A DNA stretch of 63,118 bases, counting the filler, from Octopus bimaculoides (Eukaryota): the NCBI RefSeq assembly GCF_001194135.2. It is 4 parts of 4 records of this genome, joined end to end, with 100 filler letters (N's around TTAATTAATTAA, not from the genome) between each part and the next. Parts side by side here need not be neighbours in the genome. Positions count along the whole stretch, not along the records: positions 23,803 to 43,474 come from NC_069009.1; 3 more parts are not named here. One strand, given 5' to 3'. Below the pieces are notes generated by a model that searched no databases, was not told where the DNA came from, and was given only the letters and a program-made list of their open reading frames with translations. Each line of letters starts with the position of its first letter. The stretch's first letter is position 1. Position numbers and translations under genes: made by a program. Shown here piece after piece: positions 27,200 to 38,849 of the stretch.

Positions 27200-28022
27200 N
27201 NNNNNNNNNNNNNNNNNNNNNNNNNNNNNNNNNNNNNNNNNNNNNNNNNNNNNNNNNNNNNNNNNNNNNNNNNNNNNNNNNNNNNNNNNNNNNNNNNNNN
27301 NNNNNNNNNNNNNNNNNNNNNNNNNNNNNNNNNNNNNNNNNNNNNNNNNNNNNNNNNNNNNNNNNNNNNNNNNNNNNNNNNNNNNNNNNNNNNNNNNNNN
27401 NNNNNNNNNNNNNNNNNNNNNNNNNNNNNNNNNNNNNNNNNNNNNNNNNNNNNNNNNNNNNNNNNNNNNNNNNNNNNNNNNNNNNNNNNNNNNNNNNNNN
27501 NNNNNNNNNNNNNNNNNNNNNNNNNNNNNNNNNNNNNNNNNNNNNNNNNNNNNNNNNNNNNNNNNNNNNNNNNNNNNNNNNNNNNNNNNNNNNNNNNNNN
27601 NNNNNNNNNNNNNNNNNNNNNNNNNNNNNNNNNNNNNNNNNNNNNNNNNNNNNNNNNNNNNNNNNNNNNNNNNNNNNNNNNNNNNNNNNNNNNNNNNNNN
27701 NNNNNNNNNNNNNNNNNNNNNNNNNNNNNNNNNNNNNNNNNNNNNNNNNNNNNNNNNNNNNNNNNNNNNNNNNNNNNNNNNNNNNNNNNNNNNNNNNNNN
27801 NNNNNNNNNNNNNNNNNNNNNNNNNNNNNNNNNNNNNNNNNNNNNNNNNNNNNNNNNNNNNNNNNNNNNNNNNNNNNNNNNNNNNNNNNNNNNNNNNNNN
27901 NNNNNNNNNNNNNNNNCTTATTTTGGAATTGTATCAATAATACCATACTTAATTCTGGTGCCTAAACTTAAGCACCATATTCACCTTGAATCTATATTTT
28001 TATTTATGTATTTATTTATATG

Positions 28023-28068
<46 letters not shown>

Positions 28069-28602
28069 TGTGTACATGTGAATGTATGGTCTATATAGAT
28101 ACACATGTGTCCGTGGAGGTATATATGATTTTGAGTGTATAAATGCAAATGTATATAGTGTGTGAATATATGTATGAAATATTCAATTGTATATGGTGTG
28201 TGTGTGTGTATATATATATATATGATGCTGATGAGTATGCCTATGTGTATAAACAGAATATATTTTATATACCTACAAGTATTGTACATAAAAGATTACT
28301 GTTAATAAATATGTTGGTACATCTCATTTTCTATTTTCTTTTGCTTCCATGGAGTTCACAAACTTTTCATGATGACAAGGCACCCCCCCCCCCACCTCAC
28401 TTCTGAATTCCATTTTCTAATCAAGTTCTTGCTAAGGGTTGGTTCTGAAGTCCATCATGAACCCTGGGACTTACAAGATCAGAGCTCAACCCAGTTTCTG
28501 TGACATAAGTGAATGGGATTTCAACACATTCCCCTGGATAAAATGCTAGTCCCTTGCTGGGTTAACACTCCACAATCTCATTTGTAGCTGAATAGACTAG
28601 AG

Positions 28603-28665
28603 CAGTGGTTACCAACCTGGGGTCTGCAAAGGTAGTACTCGGGATCTGTTAATTAAATTCAAGAT
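28603..28665 (+). mobile_element. hAT-Charlie-type MITE end
   Basis: cagtggttaccaacctggggtc; left flank gactagag fits the NTCTAGAN-like Charlie target. Confidence 0.5.
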
Positions 28666-28726
28666 TTCATATTTATATATATATATATATACATACGTAT
28701 AGATTGTATATATATATGTGTGTGTG

Positions 28727-28773
<47 letters not shown>

Positions 28774-28955
28774 TTACATTTTCGAAGAAGGGAATCTAGC
28801 ACCCCCACTCAGCTCAAAACAATATCTGTGTATCGCGATTTCCAGGTTATTTCCCTTCATCAGCACAGAATAATTGTTCGACTAGAGGTGGTGCTGCCAA
28901 AATCCCATTCGAAATATATAGTTTTCAAAGTGACAACTAATCACTGATTTATAAA

Positions 28956-29348
28956 TTAGAAAATTACTATTTTTAAATTTCACAATATGAGATATTCAGC
29001 AACGGTACTTTGGAGTAAAGATTATTTGCCAACATAACATGGCAGTCCTGGTTTAGGACGAATGTTGCTGTAATTTAGCCCCAGGAGACATCATCTCCAG
29101 CTGGCTATATGACATGATCTGTGTCTTTATATTTTCAAACATGAGTGGGTGTTAGATTCCTTTGTTCGAAAATGTAAGGACACAGATTGTGTCATATAGC
29201 CAGTTGGAGACGATGTCTCCTGGGGCTAAATTACAGCAACATTCGTCCTAGACTGGGACTGCCAAGTTATGTTGGCAAACAATATTTACTACAAAGTACT
29301 GTTGCTGAATATCCCACGTTGAGAGATTTTAAAATAGTAATTTTCTAA
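28956..29348. mobile_element. ~390-bp foldback (palindromic) element
   Basis: Arms ~28956-29141 and ~29163-29348 are imperfect reverse complements, including ggacgaatgttgctgtaatttagccccaggagac / gtctcctggggctaaattacagcaacattcgtcc; ~21-nt loop. Confidence 0.9.
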
Positions 29349-29349
29349 C

Positions 29350-29700
29350 AATAATGGAAATGGAATTTTCCTTGTCTATTATTGTAATATCTGACTTATT
29401 TCTTTACTACCCACAAGGGGCTAAACATAGAGGGGACAAACAACGACAGACAAAGGGATTAAGTCTATTATATCGACCCCAGTGTGTAACTGGTACTTAA
29501 TTTATCGACCCCGGAAGGATGAAAAGGAAAGTCGACCTCGGCGGAATTTGAACTCAGAACGTAACGGTAGACGAAATAACGCTAAGCATTTCGTCCGGCG
29601 TGCTAACGTTTCTGCCGGCTCGCCGCCTTATTGTAATATCTGACTTGTCATGTTCTGTGTTCTGATCCGTTGAAACTGGAAAATCCCACATCTTGTGAGT
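29350..29700 (-). mobile_element. R4/Dong-type RLE endonuclease remnant split by a SINE
   Basis: Removing the SINE gives KMWDFPVSTDQNTEHDKSDITIIDKENSISIIV, like the WDF..TD..EHNKPDI.VIDK motif preceding PD-(D/E)xK. Confidence 0.55.
29398..29627 (-). mobile_element. SINE family B, full length, with 19-bp TSD
   Basis: ttattgtaatatctgactt at 29379-29397 and 29628-29646. Confidence 0.93.
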
Positions 29701-30949
29701 TTCCACTGACATTGCAAATCGAGTGGAGCTACTAGTTTCCTTTCTCTCAAGTCTTTGCATTTCCTGATTATTCGTTATAATTTAGACTGAAAGATCTTAG
29801 CAGTGGACTGGTATCCCAATGAGGCAAAGTGTCCTAACACTATTCCCGTTTGTTTTACAATAACAAGATTGAGTTGACCCAAGTGGTAATAGAGGAAGCT
29901 GTGATGGTGGTGGTAGTGGTGGTGGTTGTGGTCAGCGGAAATGATGACTTGGCAAATAAAAAAATTAAACAAACAAACAAACAAATAAATAGCTAAAGGA
30001 TTGGTGACTTCTTAGGAAATGTTACCACAAATATTGGGCTTTATACAGTGAATAAATAAGGAAAACAAATACTATATGGATGTGTGTGTGTGTATGTATG
30101 TATCTATCCATTTATTTATCTACTCATCTTTCTATCCATCTATCTATCTACTTATCTATCTGTCTATCTATCAATATATCTATCTATCCATTTATCTATT
30201 TACCTCTTTATCTGTCTATCTATCTATCTTGATATTAATTAATATCCAAATTTTTACCCTACTGTTTAATTTTATATATATANNNNNNNNNNNNNNNNNN
30301 NNNNNNNNNNNNNNNNNNNNNNNNNNNNNNNNNNNNNNNNNNNNNNNNNNNNNNNNNNNNNNNNNNNNNNNNNNNNNNNNNNNNNNNNNNNNNNNNNNNN
30401 NNNNNNNNNNNNNNNNNNNNNNNNNNNNNNNNNNNNNNNNNNNNNNNNNNNNNNNNNNNNNNNNNNNNNNNNNNNNNNNNNNNNNNNNNNNNNNNNNNNN
30501 NNNNNNNNNNNNNNNNNNNNNNNNNNNNNNNNNNNNNNNNNNNNNNNNNNNNNNNNNNNNNNNNNNNNNNNNNNNNNNNNNNNNNNNNNNNNNNNNNNNN
30601 NNNNNNNNNNNNNNNNNNNNNNNNNNNNNNNNNNNNNNNNNNNNNNNNNNNNNNNNNNNNNNNNNNNNNNNNNNNNNNNNNNNNNNNNNCTTTAATTCCT
30701 ACATATATTTCAAAATATATGTGCACTCTACTCCAAAGAAGTAAGAGCTGCTGGAATTGCACATATATTCCTTTATATAGAAGCAAACGGGTGTGATATC
30801 CTGGTTTTTTGTGTGATTTTTGCTACCCGTGGTAACTATTAACATATTTACATTGTCTAAAGTTTTTTTAAACTGAGATAATATCAATATATACATAAAC
30901 TAATATATATATATATAGAGAATTTACCAAAAACATATCATTGACACAG

Positions 30950-31068
30950 GTTCCTCTCACATGTCATGTCACTAATATGTGTTACTGGCACGTGTGCCTC
31001 AAACATGTCACTGGCACAAGTGTCTTTTACATGTCACCACCACAGGTGCCTTTAACATATCACTGTTG
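30950..31068. repeat. Degenerate ~27-bp minisatellite (catgtcactggcacaggtgcct-like)
   Basis: Recurring acatgtcac..ggcac..gtg units; resembles the ttttacgtgccaccggcac segment of the RTE tail at 40125. Confidence 0.45.
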
Positions 31069-31417
31069 TTTACTTTGTAAAAGAGTAAGGGGAGAGGGTT
31101 GCTAGCACATCACCCCCTAACCACATTTTTCCCACCCACATCTTTACCATATGGGACCCCTAACAAAATCCGATAATAGGTATAGATGCAAATCTATCTA
31201 ATTACTTGTCTCCTTCTAAAATCGGGCATAATTCGGCGATCGGTCGACTTACAACACCGTTTTTCGTCTTGAGTTTACTTGGTAGAGTGTGTTTGTTAAC
31301 TTGACAACAAGGTCAAGATGAGCGCTGAATGGCTGTATGCAAATGAGTTCATTACTGGGGTCCGGAACTCTCGTGGGGAAAAATTTCGCATCCGACCCAA
31401 GTATGCATGATCAACAA

Positions 31418-31716
31418 TGTTGTTGACACTCCGTTGCTTACGACGTCGAGGGTTCCAGTTGATCCGATCAACTGCTCGTGAAATTAACGTGCAAGTGGCT
31501 GAGCACTCCAGACTCGTGTACCCTTAACGTAGTTCTCGGGGATATTTAGCGTGACACAGAGTGTGACAAGGCTGACCCTTTGAAATACAGGCACAACAGA
31601 AACAGGAAGTAAGAGTGAGAGAAAGTTGTGGTGAAAGAGTTCAGCAAGGTTCACCACCATCCCCTGCCGGAGCCTCGTGGATCTTTAGGTGTTTTCGCTC
31701 AATAAACACTCACAAC
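31418..31716 (-). mobile_element. SINE family C, head lost in gap
   Basis: Matches the 20012 copy up to the N run. Confidence 0.9.
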
Positions 31717-32227
31717 NNNNNNNNNNNNNNNNNNNNNNNNNNNNNNNNNNNNNNNNNNNNNNNNNNNNNNNNNNNNNNNNNNNNNNNNNNNNNNNNNNNN
31801 NNNNNNNNNNNNNNNNNNNNNNNNNNNNNNNNNNNNNNNNNNNNNNNNNNNNNNNNNNNNNNNNNNNNNNNNNNNNNNNNNNNNNNNNNNNNNNNNNNNN
31901 NNNNNNNNNNNNNNNNNNNNNNNNNNNNNNNNNNNNNNNNNNNNNNNNNNNNNNNNNNNNNNNNNNNNNNNNNNNNNNNNNNNNNNNNNNNNNNNNNNNN
32001 NNNNNNNNNNNNNNNNNNNNNNNNNNNNNNNNNNNNNNNNNNNNNNNNNNNNNNNNNNNNNNNNNNNNNNNNNNNNNNNNNNNNNNNNNNNNNNNNNNNN
32101 NNNNNNNNNNNNNNNNNNNNNNNNNNNNNNNNNNNNNNNNNNNNNNNNNNNNNNNNNNNNNNNGACGCTAAGCATTTTATCCACTGCGCTACCGATTCTG
32201 CCTTGTCTCACGCACACACACACACAC

Positions 32228-32449
32228 AATGGTTTGAAATTCTGGCACCAGGTTAGCAGTTTTGGAGGGGAAGGGTAAATCCTAAGGATATCGATCGCTA
32301 GGACTTGGCTGGTACTAATTTTTATCGGGACCAGAAAGGGCTGAAAGGCGAAGTCAACGTCGGTGGAGTTTGAACTCAGAACGTAGACAGACGAAATGTC
32401 GCTAAACAAATTTGTCCGGCGTGTTTAATGATTCTGCCAGCTCACCGCC
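32228..32449 (-). mobile_element. SINE family B2 within (CA)n
   Basis: tggtttgaaattctggcacc tail to ctgccagctcaccgcc head. Confidence 0.8.
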
Positions 32450-32787
32450 TTACACACACACACACACACACACATACACATACAATACGCCTGTAGTCGA
32501 TATACACACAACTGCAACCAGCAAAACACTGAGATCAGCTGCTAACACAGACATACTGGTATAGGCATTAATACACACAAACACATACACACACACATGA
32601 CAACATTCACACACATCGCACACACACACACGACAACGTGCGCTGCACACAAACATATACACACACACAGATGACAACGTGCACTGCACACAAACTCACA
32701 TACACATACACACACACACACACATTGCACACAAACACACACACACACACACATACATGACAACGTGCGCTGCACACAAATGAAAAT

Positions 32788-33031
32788 CAACCAATGAAAA
32801 CAAAGTATTTTGCCGTAACGGACGACCAGGTGACCGTTAGTTATTTCCGGTAGGAAGCGTTCTGCCGTGACCGGGGTAACGAGACCTGACAGACTTGCAG
32901 AAGGAAAACATACACCCCTCTTATATATATATATATATAAATATATCACATATATATATATATATATGTGTATACACATATAAATACATACATGTTGGTC
33001 TAGATTAGAGCTGAGACTTCACTCGGTAAGT
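32788..33031 (+). promoter_or_regulatory. Candidate promoter and non-coding first exon of the MEST-like gene
   Basis: aaccaatga (CCAAT 32791), atttccggt (ETS-like 32843-32851), local CpG cluster 32817-32882, donor-like ctcg|gtaagt at 33025/33026; the first coding exon has an acceptor and an in-frame upstream stop, so an upstream exon is expected. Confidence 0.35.
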
Positions 33032-33114
33032 AGAGCCTTATATATATAAATATTTATGTATATATACACTCACCAACACGTGTGAATGTATATATAATAT
33101 GTGTGTATGTTTCA

Positions 33115-34438
33115 TGTCGTCCTATAACTTCTGTCCCATAATTTCTGTCCCATTTTACCTTTTTTAACATTGAATAAGATTTAATAGTATTTTAGAATGT
33201 CTAATGGAATTTTAAATTATTATTATGCATTTGTGTATGTTTAAACTAATTAAATATTATTTTTACAGAATAATAGAATTAAAATTTCTTTGATTAAAAC
33301 CATTCCTAGCATGGAAGTATCCAAAGATCATTTGAGACACATCATGCTTTATGAGGACAACCAAACGAAACTCTGCTGCCGAAGCGACTCGAAATATACT
33401 CTCAGTTTATGGGAAAGAATGCTTGAATGAAGGAACTTGCTGAAGATGGTTTGCAAAATTCAGAAGTGGAGATTTCAGCCTTGAAGATGAAGATCGAACA
33501 GGACGTCCAGTTGAGTTTGATGGTAAGCTCCTTGAGGCATTACTTGCTTGAAAAAAATCCTGCATTATCAGTTGAAGAATTGGCAATAAATCTTAGTTCA
33601 AACCATACAACTGTTCATCGTCATCTTCAACAACTTGGAAAGGTTCCTAAACTTGGAAAATGGGTGCCTCAGGAATTGTCCGAAAGCAACTGCAAATCCC
33701 GAGTTGAGATTTTCTCTTCTCTCCATTCTTGGGAACTCATTTCACCCTTTTTGGATAGACTTGTGACTGGTGACGAAAAATGGATCTTCTATGGAAATGG
33801 TAAACATCGTAAACAGTAGCTTGGTAAAAGGGAAAAAGCTCAACCACAACCAAGAAGGGAACTTCATGGGAAAAAGGTTCTTCTCTCTATCTGGTGGATG
33901 GCCCATCCATCCCCATTACTCCGCAAAGGAGTAATTCACTTTGAATTGTTACCATTTAATGCAACAATCAATGCTCAAGTCTACTGTCAGCAATTCGAGT
34001 ATTTGAACCAAGCTTTGAAGAAAAAAATACCTGCTTTAGTGAATCGAAAAGGAGTGGTGTTTCATCAGGACAATGCGTGACCCCACACTGCAAAGATCAC
34101 ATCACAGCAGATCAAAGAGCTTGGTTGGGAAAAAATTCCTCATCCACCTTATTCTTCCAACCTTGCTCCTTCAGACTACCATTTGTTTTGTAGTTTACAG
34201 AATCATTTCGGGGGACAAAACTTTCGCAAGTCAGGAGGAGGTCGAAACTGACATTTCAGAGTTCTTCTCTTTGAAACCAAAAGAGTTTTACATTGATGAG
34301 ATTAAAAAGCTTGTAAATAGTTGGAAGGAAGTCTTGGATAATCAGGGAAAGTACATTGATGATTAAATTTCAATTAAATATAACATTTGATCACTTGATT
34401 TCTTTATTCAAAATTCGGACAGAACTTATGGGATGACA
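33115..34438 (+). mobile_element. Full-length (1324 bp) inactive mariner transposon
   Basis: TIRs tgtcgtcctataacttctgtcc (33115-33136) and ggacagaacttatgggatgaca (34417-34438), 19/22 match. Confidence 0.93.
33311..34366 (+). pseudogene. Mariner DD34D transposase pseudogene
   Basis: MEVSKDHLRHIMLYE.., RWFAKFRSGDFSLED..GRP, WVPQEL, TGDEKW, HQDNA*PH, HPPYSSNLAPSDYHLF, ..GKYIDD*; several stops and frameshifts. Confidence 0.93.
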
Positions 34439-34455
34439 CACACACATAAATATAA

Positions 34456-34497
<42 letters not shown>

Positions 34498-34683
34498 TGA
34501 CTATCTGAAAAATTACGTATTTATGTATGTATATATATGTATGTATACGTCTTTATGTATCTATATATATGTGTGTGCGTGCATAACTCGACGTGGGTGT
34601 ATATATAGTATATATGCGTGTGTGCATATATATATATACACACATAACATGTAAACTTTACGTATGTATGTGCATAACTACAT

Positions 34684-34732
<49 letters not shown>

Positions 34733-36599
34733 GATAGATGTTCATGATTTAATGTGTGTGTAAACTTATCTGTGTGTGTGTATATATATATAAATATATA
34801 TATATGTGTGTATCTATATGTTTAACTACGTGTGTGTGTGTGTGTGTGTGTGTATACACATATGCTTGACTACATGTGTGTAGTCTGGTGTGTATAAAAT
34901 GCATATAGAACTTTATACAAGCATTCCAATATCAAAAGACAGTCCTTTATGTATGTGTGTATTCGTGAAACTTGCGTGTGTATAATATACGAAGTTACGT
35001 TAGTGTTTNNNNNNNNNNNNNNNNNNNNNNNNNNNNNNNNNNNNNNNNNNNNNNNNNNNNNNNNNNNNNNNNNNNNNNNNNNNNNNNNNNNNNNNNNNNN
35101 NNNNNNNNNNNNNNNNNNNNNNNNNNNNNNNNNNNNNNNNNNNNNNNNNNNNNNNNNNNNNNNNNNNNNNNNNNNNNNNNNNNNNNNNNNNNNNNNNNNN
35201 NNNNNNNNNNNNNNNNNNNNNNNNNNNNNNNNNNNNNNNNNNNNNNNNNNNNNNNNNNNNNNNNNNNNNNNNNNNNNNNNNNNNNNNNNNNNNNNNNNNN
35301 NNNNNNNNNNNNNNNNNNNNNNNNNNNNNNNNNNNNNNNNNNNNNNNNNNNNNNNNNNNNNNNNNNNNNNNNNNNNNNNNNNNNNNNNNNNNNTATATAT
35401 ATGCATATGTACATGTGTGTGTGTCTCTGTACGTGTATGTATGTAAATTTGTGTGTGTATGTATATGTATGTACGTATATGTATATATATATATATATAT
35501 ATACATATATATATGTACGTACGTATATGTGTATATATATGTATACATATTTGTACGTACAATATATATATATATGTACGTATGTGTATGCATAATATAT
35601 GTATGTACGTGTGTGTGTGTGTGTGTATATATATATATGTGTGTGTAGTGCAAGTCAGGGGCGTTGGTTTGGCGGGCAATATGCCAGTGTTGGCGGTGTT
35701 TGTTCCGCATTGTCTGTTGCATTTTGAGTTCAAATCCCGCCTCTTTGTCACCGCAAGAACCAGAGGTCTCTCCTCCTCCCGCCCCGTACTCCCTGTGAGA
35801 AGTTTAGGAAGCCCTTAGTCCTTAAGCAAGTATTTCATCGGAAGCCTTTCAGTGATCGTACAACAGCTGGCAAGAGCTCTCTCTCTCTCTCTACTTTGTG
35901 TATATGTACCATATTTACTTGTATGTAAGTCGCTCGACAGTTTCTTTTTTATTTTTCAATTAAATCAAGTATAAAATTGTACTTTTTTACGAGTAAATAC
36001 GGTGTGTGTATATATATTATCGTTTTGACATCCACTTTTTGATGCTTGCCTGAGTCAGGTGGAAATCGTTTTGGCAGATTTGTGTGTGTGTGTGNNNNNN
36101 NNNNNNNNNNNNNNNNNNNNNNNNNNNNNNNNNNNNNNNNNNNNNNNNNNNNNNNNNNNNNNNNNNNNNNNNNNNNNNNNNNNNNNNNNNNNNNNNNNNN
36201 NNNNNNNNNNNNNNNNNNNNNNNNNNNNNNNNNNNNNNNNNNNNNNNNNNNNNNNNNNNNNNNNNNNNNNNNNNNNNNNNNNNNNNNNNNNNNNNNNNNN
36301 NNNNNNNNNNNNNNNNNNNNNNNNNNNNNNNNNNNNNNNNNNNNNNNNNNNNNNNNNNNNNNNNNNNNNNNNNNNNNNNNNNNNNNNNNNNNNNNNNNNN
36401 NNNNNNNNNNNNNNNNNNNNNNNNNNNNNNNNNNNNNNNNNNNNNNNNNNNNNNNNNNNNNNNNNNNNNNNNNNNNNNNNNNNNNNNNNNNNNNNNATAT
36501 ATATATATATACATATATATATGTGTGTCTGTGTATGTATATGTGTGTATGAGTGTGTATATATATTATCGTTTTGACATCCACTTTTTGATGCTTGCC

Positions 36600-36770
36600 T
36601 GAGTCAGGTGGAAATCGTTTTGGCAGATTTGTGTGTGTGTGTGTGTGTGAGGATGGATTCCCTTCTTGCTGCTAACCCTCGTCTGTCGAAAAACAGGATA
36701 ATATTTCCCCATGGCCAGACTGGAAATGGACGATACGTTTACAACTGCCACACGACGACAAAACAGGAAT
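36600..36770 (-). mobile_element. Putative SINE family G fragment
   Basis: Minus strand reads tgtcgtcgtgtggcagttgtaaac..tctggccatggggaaatatt..aaatctgccaaaac; repeat-like, family recalled rather than confirmed. Confidence 0.4.
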
Positions 36771-36844
36771 GCACACAGACACACACATATACATACACAC
36801 ACACATGCAGACATGTACATAAGTATGTGTATAATCATTTCTAC

Positions 36845-37048
36845 TTTAGGCACAAGGCCTGAAATTAGGGCGGTGGGGGGGATAGTCGATTAGATCGACC
36901 CCACTACGCAACTGGTACTGAATTTATTGACCCTGAAAGGATGACAGGCAAAGTTGACCTCGGCGGAATTTGACCTTAGGACATAACGACAGACGAAATA
37001 CCGCTAAGCATTTTGCCCGGCGTGCTAACGTTTCTGCCAGCTCACTGC
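36845..37048 (-). mobile_element. SINE family B2
   Basis: aggcacaaggcctgaaatt tail, B core, head at ~37048. Confidence 0.83.
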
Positions 37049-37358
37049 ACCTGTGTCTAACAAATCTATTCATGCTTTGGCCAGCCTGAGCCTGTTGTAG
37101 AAAACCCTTGGTCAATGAGTCATGCCAGTAGGACTGAACCTAAAATCACTTGATTGACAAGCAAACATCTTAACCACACCACACCTACATCCAGAGACTA
37201 GTTTTTGAGTCTTTGCTCGTCATCAGTCTGGATTAGCATGACCTGCTAGTCGAAGATGCCTGTCAAGTTCTTGTAAACATATAACAGATGAACAGACGTC
37301 TGTATTTCTAAACTCTGACCGTAATATTTCTCTGTTTCAGAAGCTGATCTGTTAGACA

Positions 37359-37506
37359 ATGCATTCGATGTACGTGCTTGTCGGTTTCCTTCTTGTCCTC
37401 GATATATTTCTGTATAAACCAGCGCCCTCGCTCACCCCGAAATTGAAGTTGTGGTATGATAAGGGAGACTTTTACACCTACAAACACTTTCATATTTTCT
37501 ACATAG
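37359..37506 (+). CDS. MEST: MEST-like alpha/beta hydrolase, coding exon 1 (exon begins 37341)
   Basis: Acceptor tctgtttcag|37341; ATG 37359 with in-frame TAG upstream; MHSMYVLVGFLLVLDIFLYKPAPSLTPKLKLWYDKGDFYTYKHFHIFYI aligns with MEST [32 protein letters not shown]; donor G|gtgagt, phase 1. Confidence 0.9.
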
Positions 37507-37794
37507 GTGAGTCTCCCCCCAACTTTTTTTATCTTCTCTCTGTATCTTTCATCTTTACCTTTTACTTGTTTTAGTCTTTAGACTGCGGCCATACTGGGGC
37601 ACTGCCCTGAATAACTCTCAGCCAAATCGATCCCTGCACTTATTCCTTTGTTTTGGAGACTGGTACTTATTCTATTGGTCTCTTTTAATGAACTGCTAAG
37701 TTTCAGGGATGGAAACACATCAACACCGGTTGTCAAGCAGATCAAGAATTTTATTTTGTATGGTGTTTACTAAGCCTCTACTAATCTCTGTTGT

Positions 37795-38180
37795 CCAGGT
37801 GTGGCTGTGTGGTTAGGAAGCTTACTTCACAAACACATGGGTTTTGGGTTCAATCCCATTGCACAGCACTTTAGGCAAGCATCTTCTACTATAAGACCCC
37901 ATGTCAACCAATACCTTTTGGGTGAATTTGGTAGGTGGAAACTGTGTAGAAGCTTGCCACTTGTGTGTGTGTGTGGGGGGGGGCTTGTTCCCCCACCGTC
38001 TCCCATTGTTTGACAACTGGTTTTGGTTTGTTCCTGTTCCCCATAACACAGCAGTTCAGCAAAAGAGACCAACAAAATAAATGCCACACTTCAAAACAAA
38101 AATTAGTGCTAGGGTCAATTTGGAAGTGCCCCAGCATGGCCATAATTTAATGACTGAAAGAAGGAAAAGATACGAGATAA
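37795..38180 (+). mobile_element. SINE family A, diverged, intronic
   Basis: gtggctgtgtggttaggaagc head to cagcatggccata..aatgactgaaag tail. Confidence 0.78.
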
Positions 38181-38351
38181 ATTTGTGCCAATGGAGTCTG
38201 TTTTATTAAATAAACACACATACACACTCACACATGCACACATGCACTTGTTGTGCCCCTAGTGGTCAAAGCTAACTACAAGGGAGATAATCATATGTAC
38301 ATATATAAACTTGTCTGCCTGTGTCTCATTGCTCCACTCTGATTATTTCAG

Positions 38352-38431
38352 ATGAACAGACGTCTGTAAATAATACCCAAATATTAGTGTGTTTACATGG
38401 ATATCCCACCTCCAGCTATGACTGGGTCAAG
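38352..38431 (+). CDS. MEST: MEST-like coding exon 2 (80 nt)
   Basis: ttatttcag|(D)EQTSVNNTQILVCLHGYPTSSYDWVK|gttagt; HGYP oxyanion motif; MEST has LLHGFPTSSYDWYK. Confidence 0.95.
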
Positions 38432-38817
38432 GTTAGTGTTTTTGTTTATTTGTATTTAATGTTTTTATCATCGCCATCACCAAATATATCTTTAAGATAG
38501 CATGTTAGCACATCTCTCGACCATCATTGTCATCATCATCATCAGCATCATTATCATAAACATTATTTCTGCATCCACTTCCCCAGAACAAATAAGTACC
38601 GGGGTTGATTCATTCAACTAAAATTTCTTGAAGGTGGTGCCCCAGCATGGCCGCAGTTCAATGACTGAAGCAAGTACAAGATAAAAGCTATATATATATT
38701 TATATGCAATGAGTTTCCTTCAGTTTCAAATCAGATCAGATCAAATTTATTAACAGAAGAAGAGCACAATGTGCTTAAGCCATGTAAAGAAAAAAAAACA
38801 GTTATTGTTATATACAG

Positions 38818-38849
<32 letters not shown>

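Noticed and set aside
31186-31344. Two ATGCAAAT octamer motifs 151 bp apart
   Set aside because: A few copies of this AT-rich 8-mer are expected by chance in a window this size, and there is no other supporting evidence.
37507-38351. Intronic microRNA equivalent to mammalian miR-335
   Set aside because: The intron is filled with SINE A pieces and I saw no suitable hairpin.
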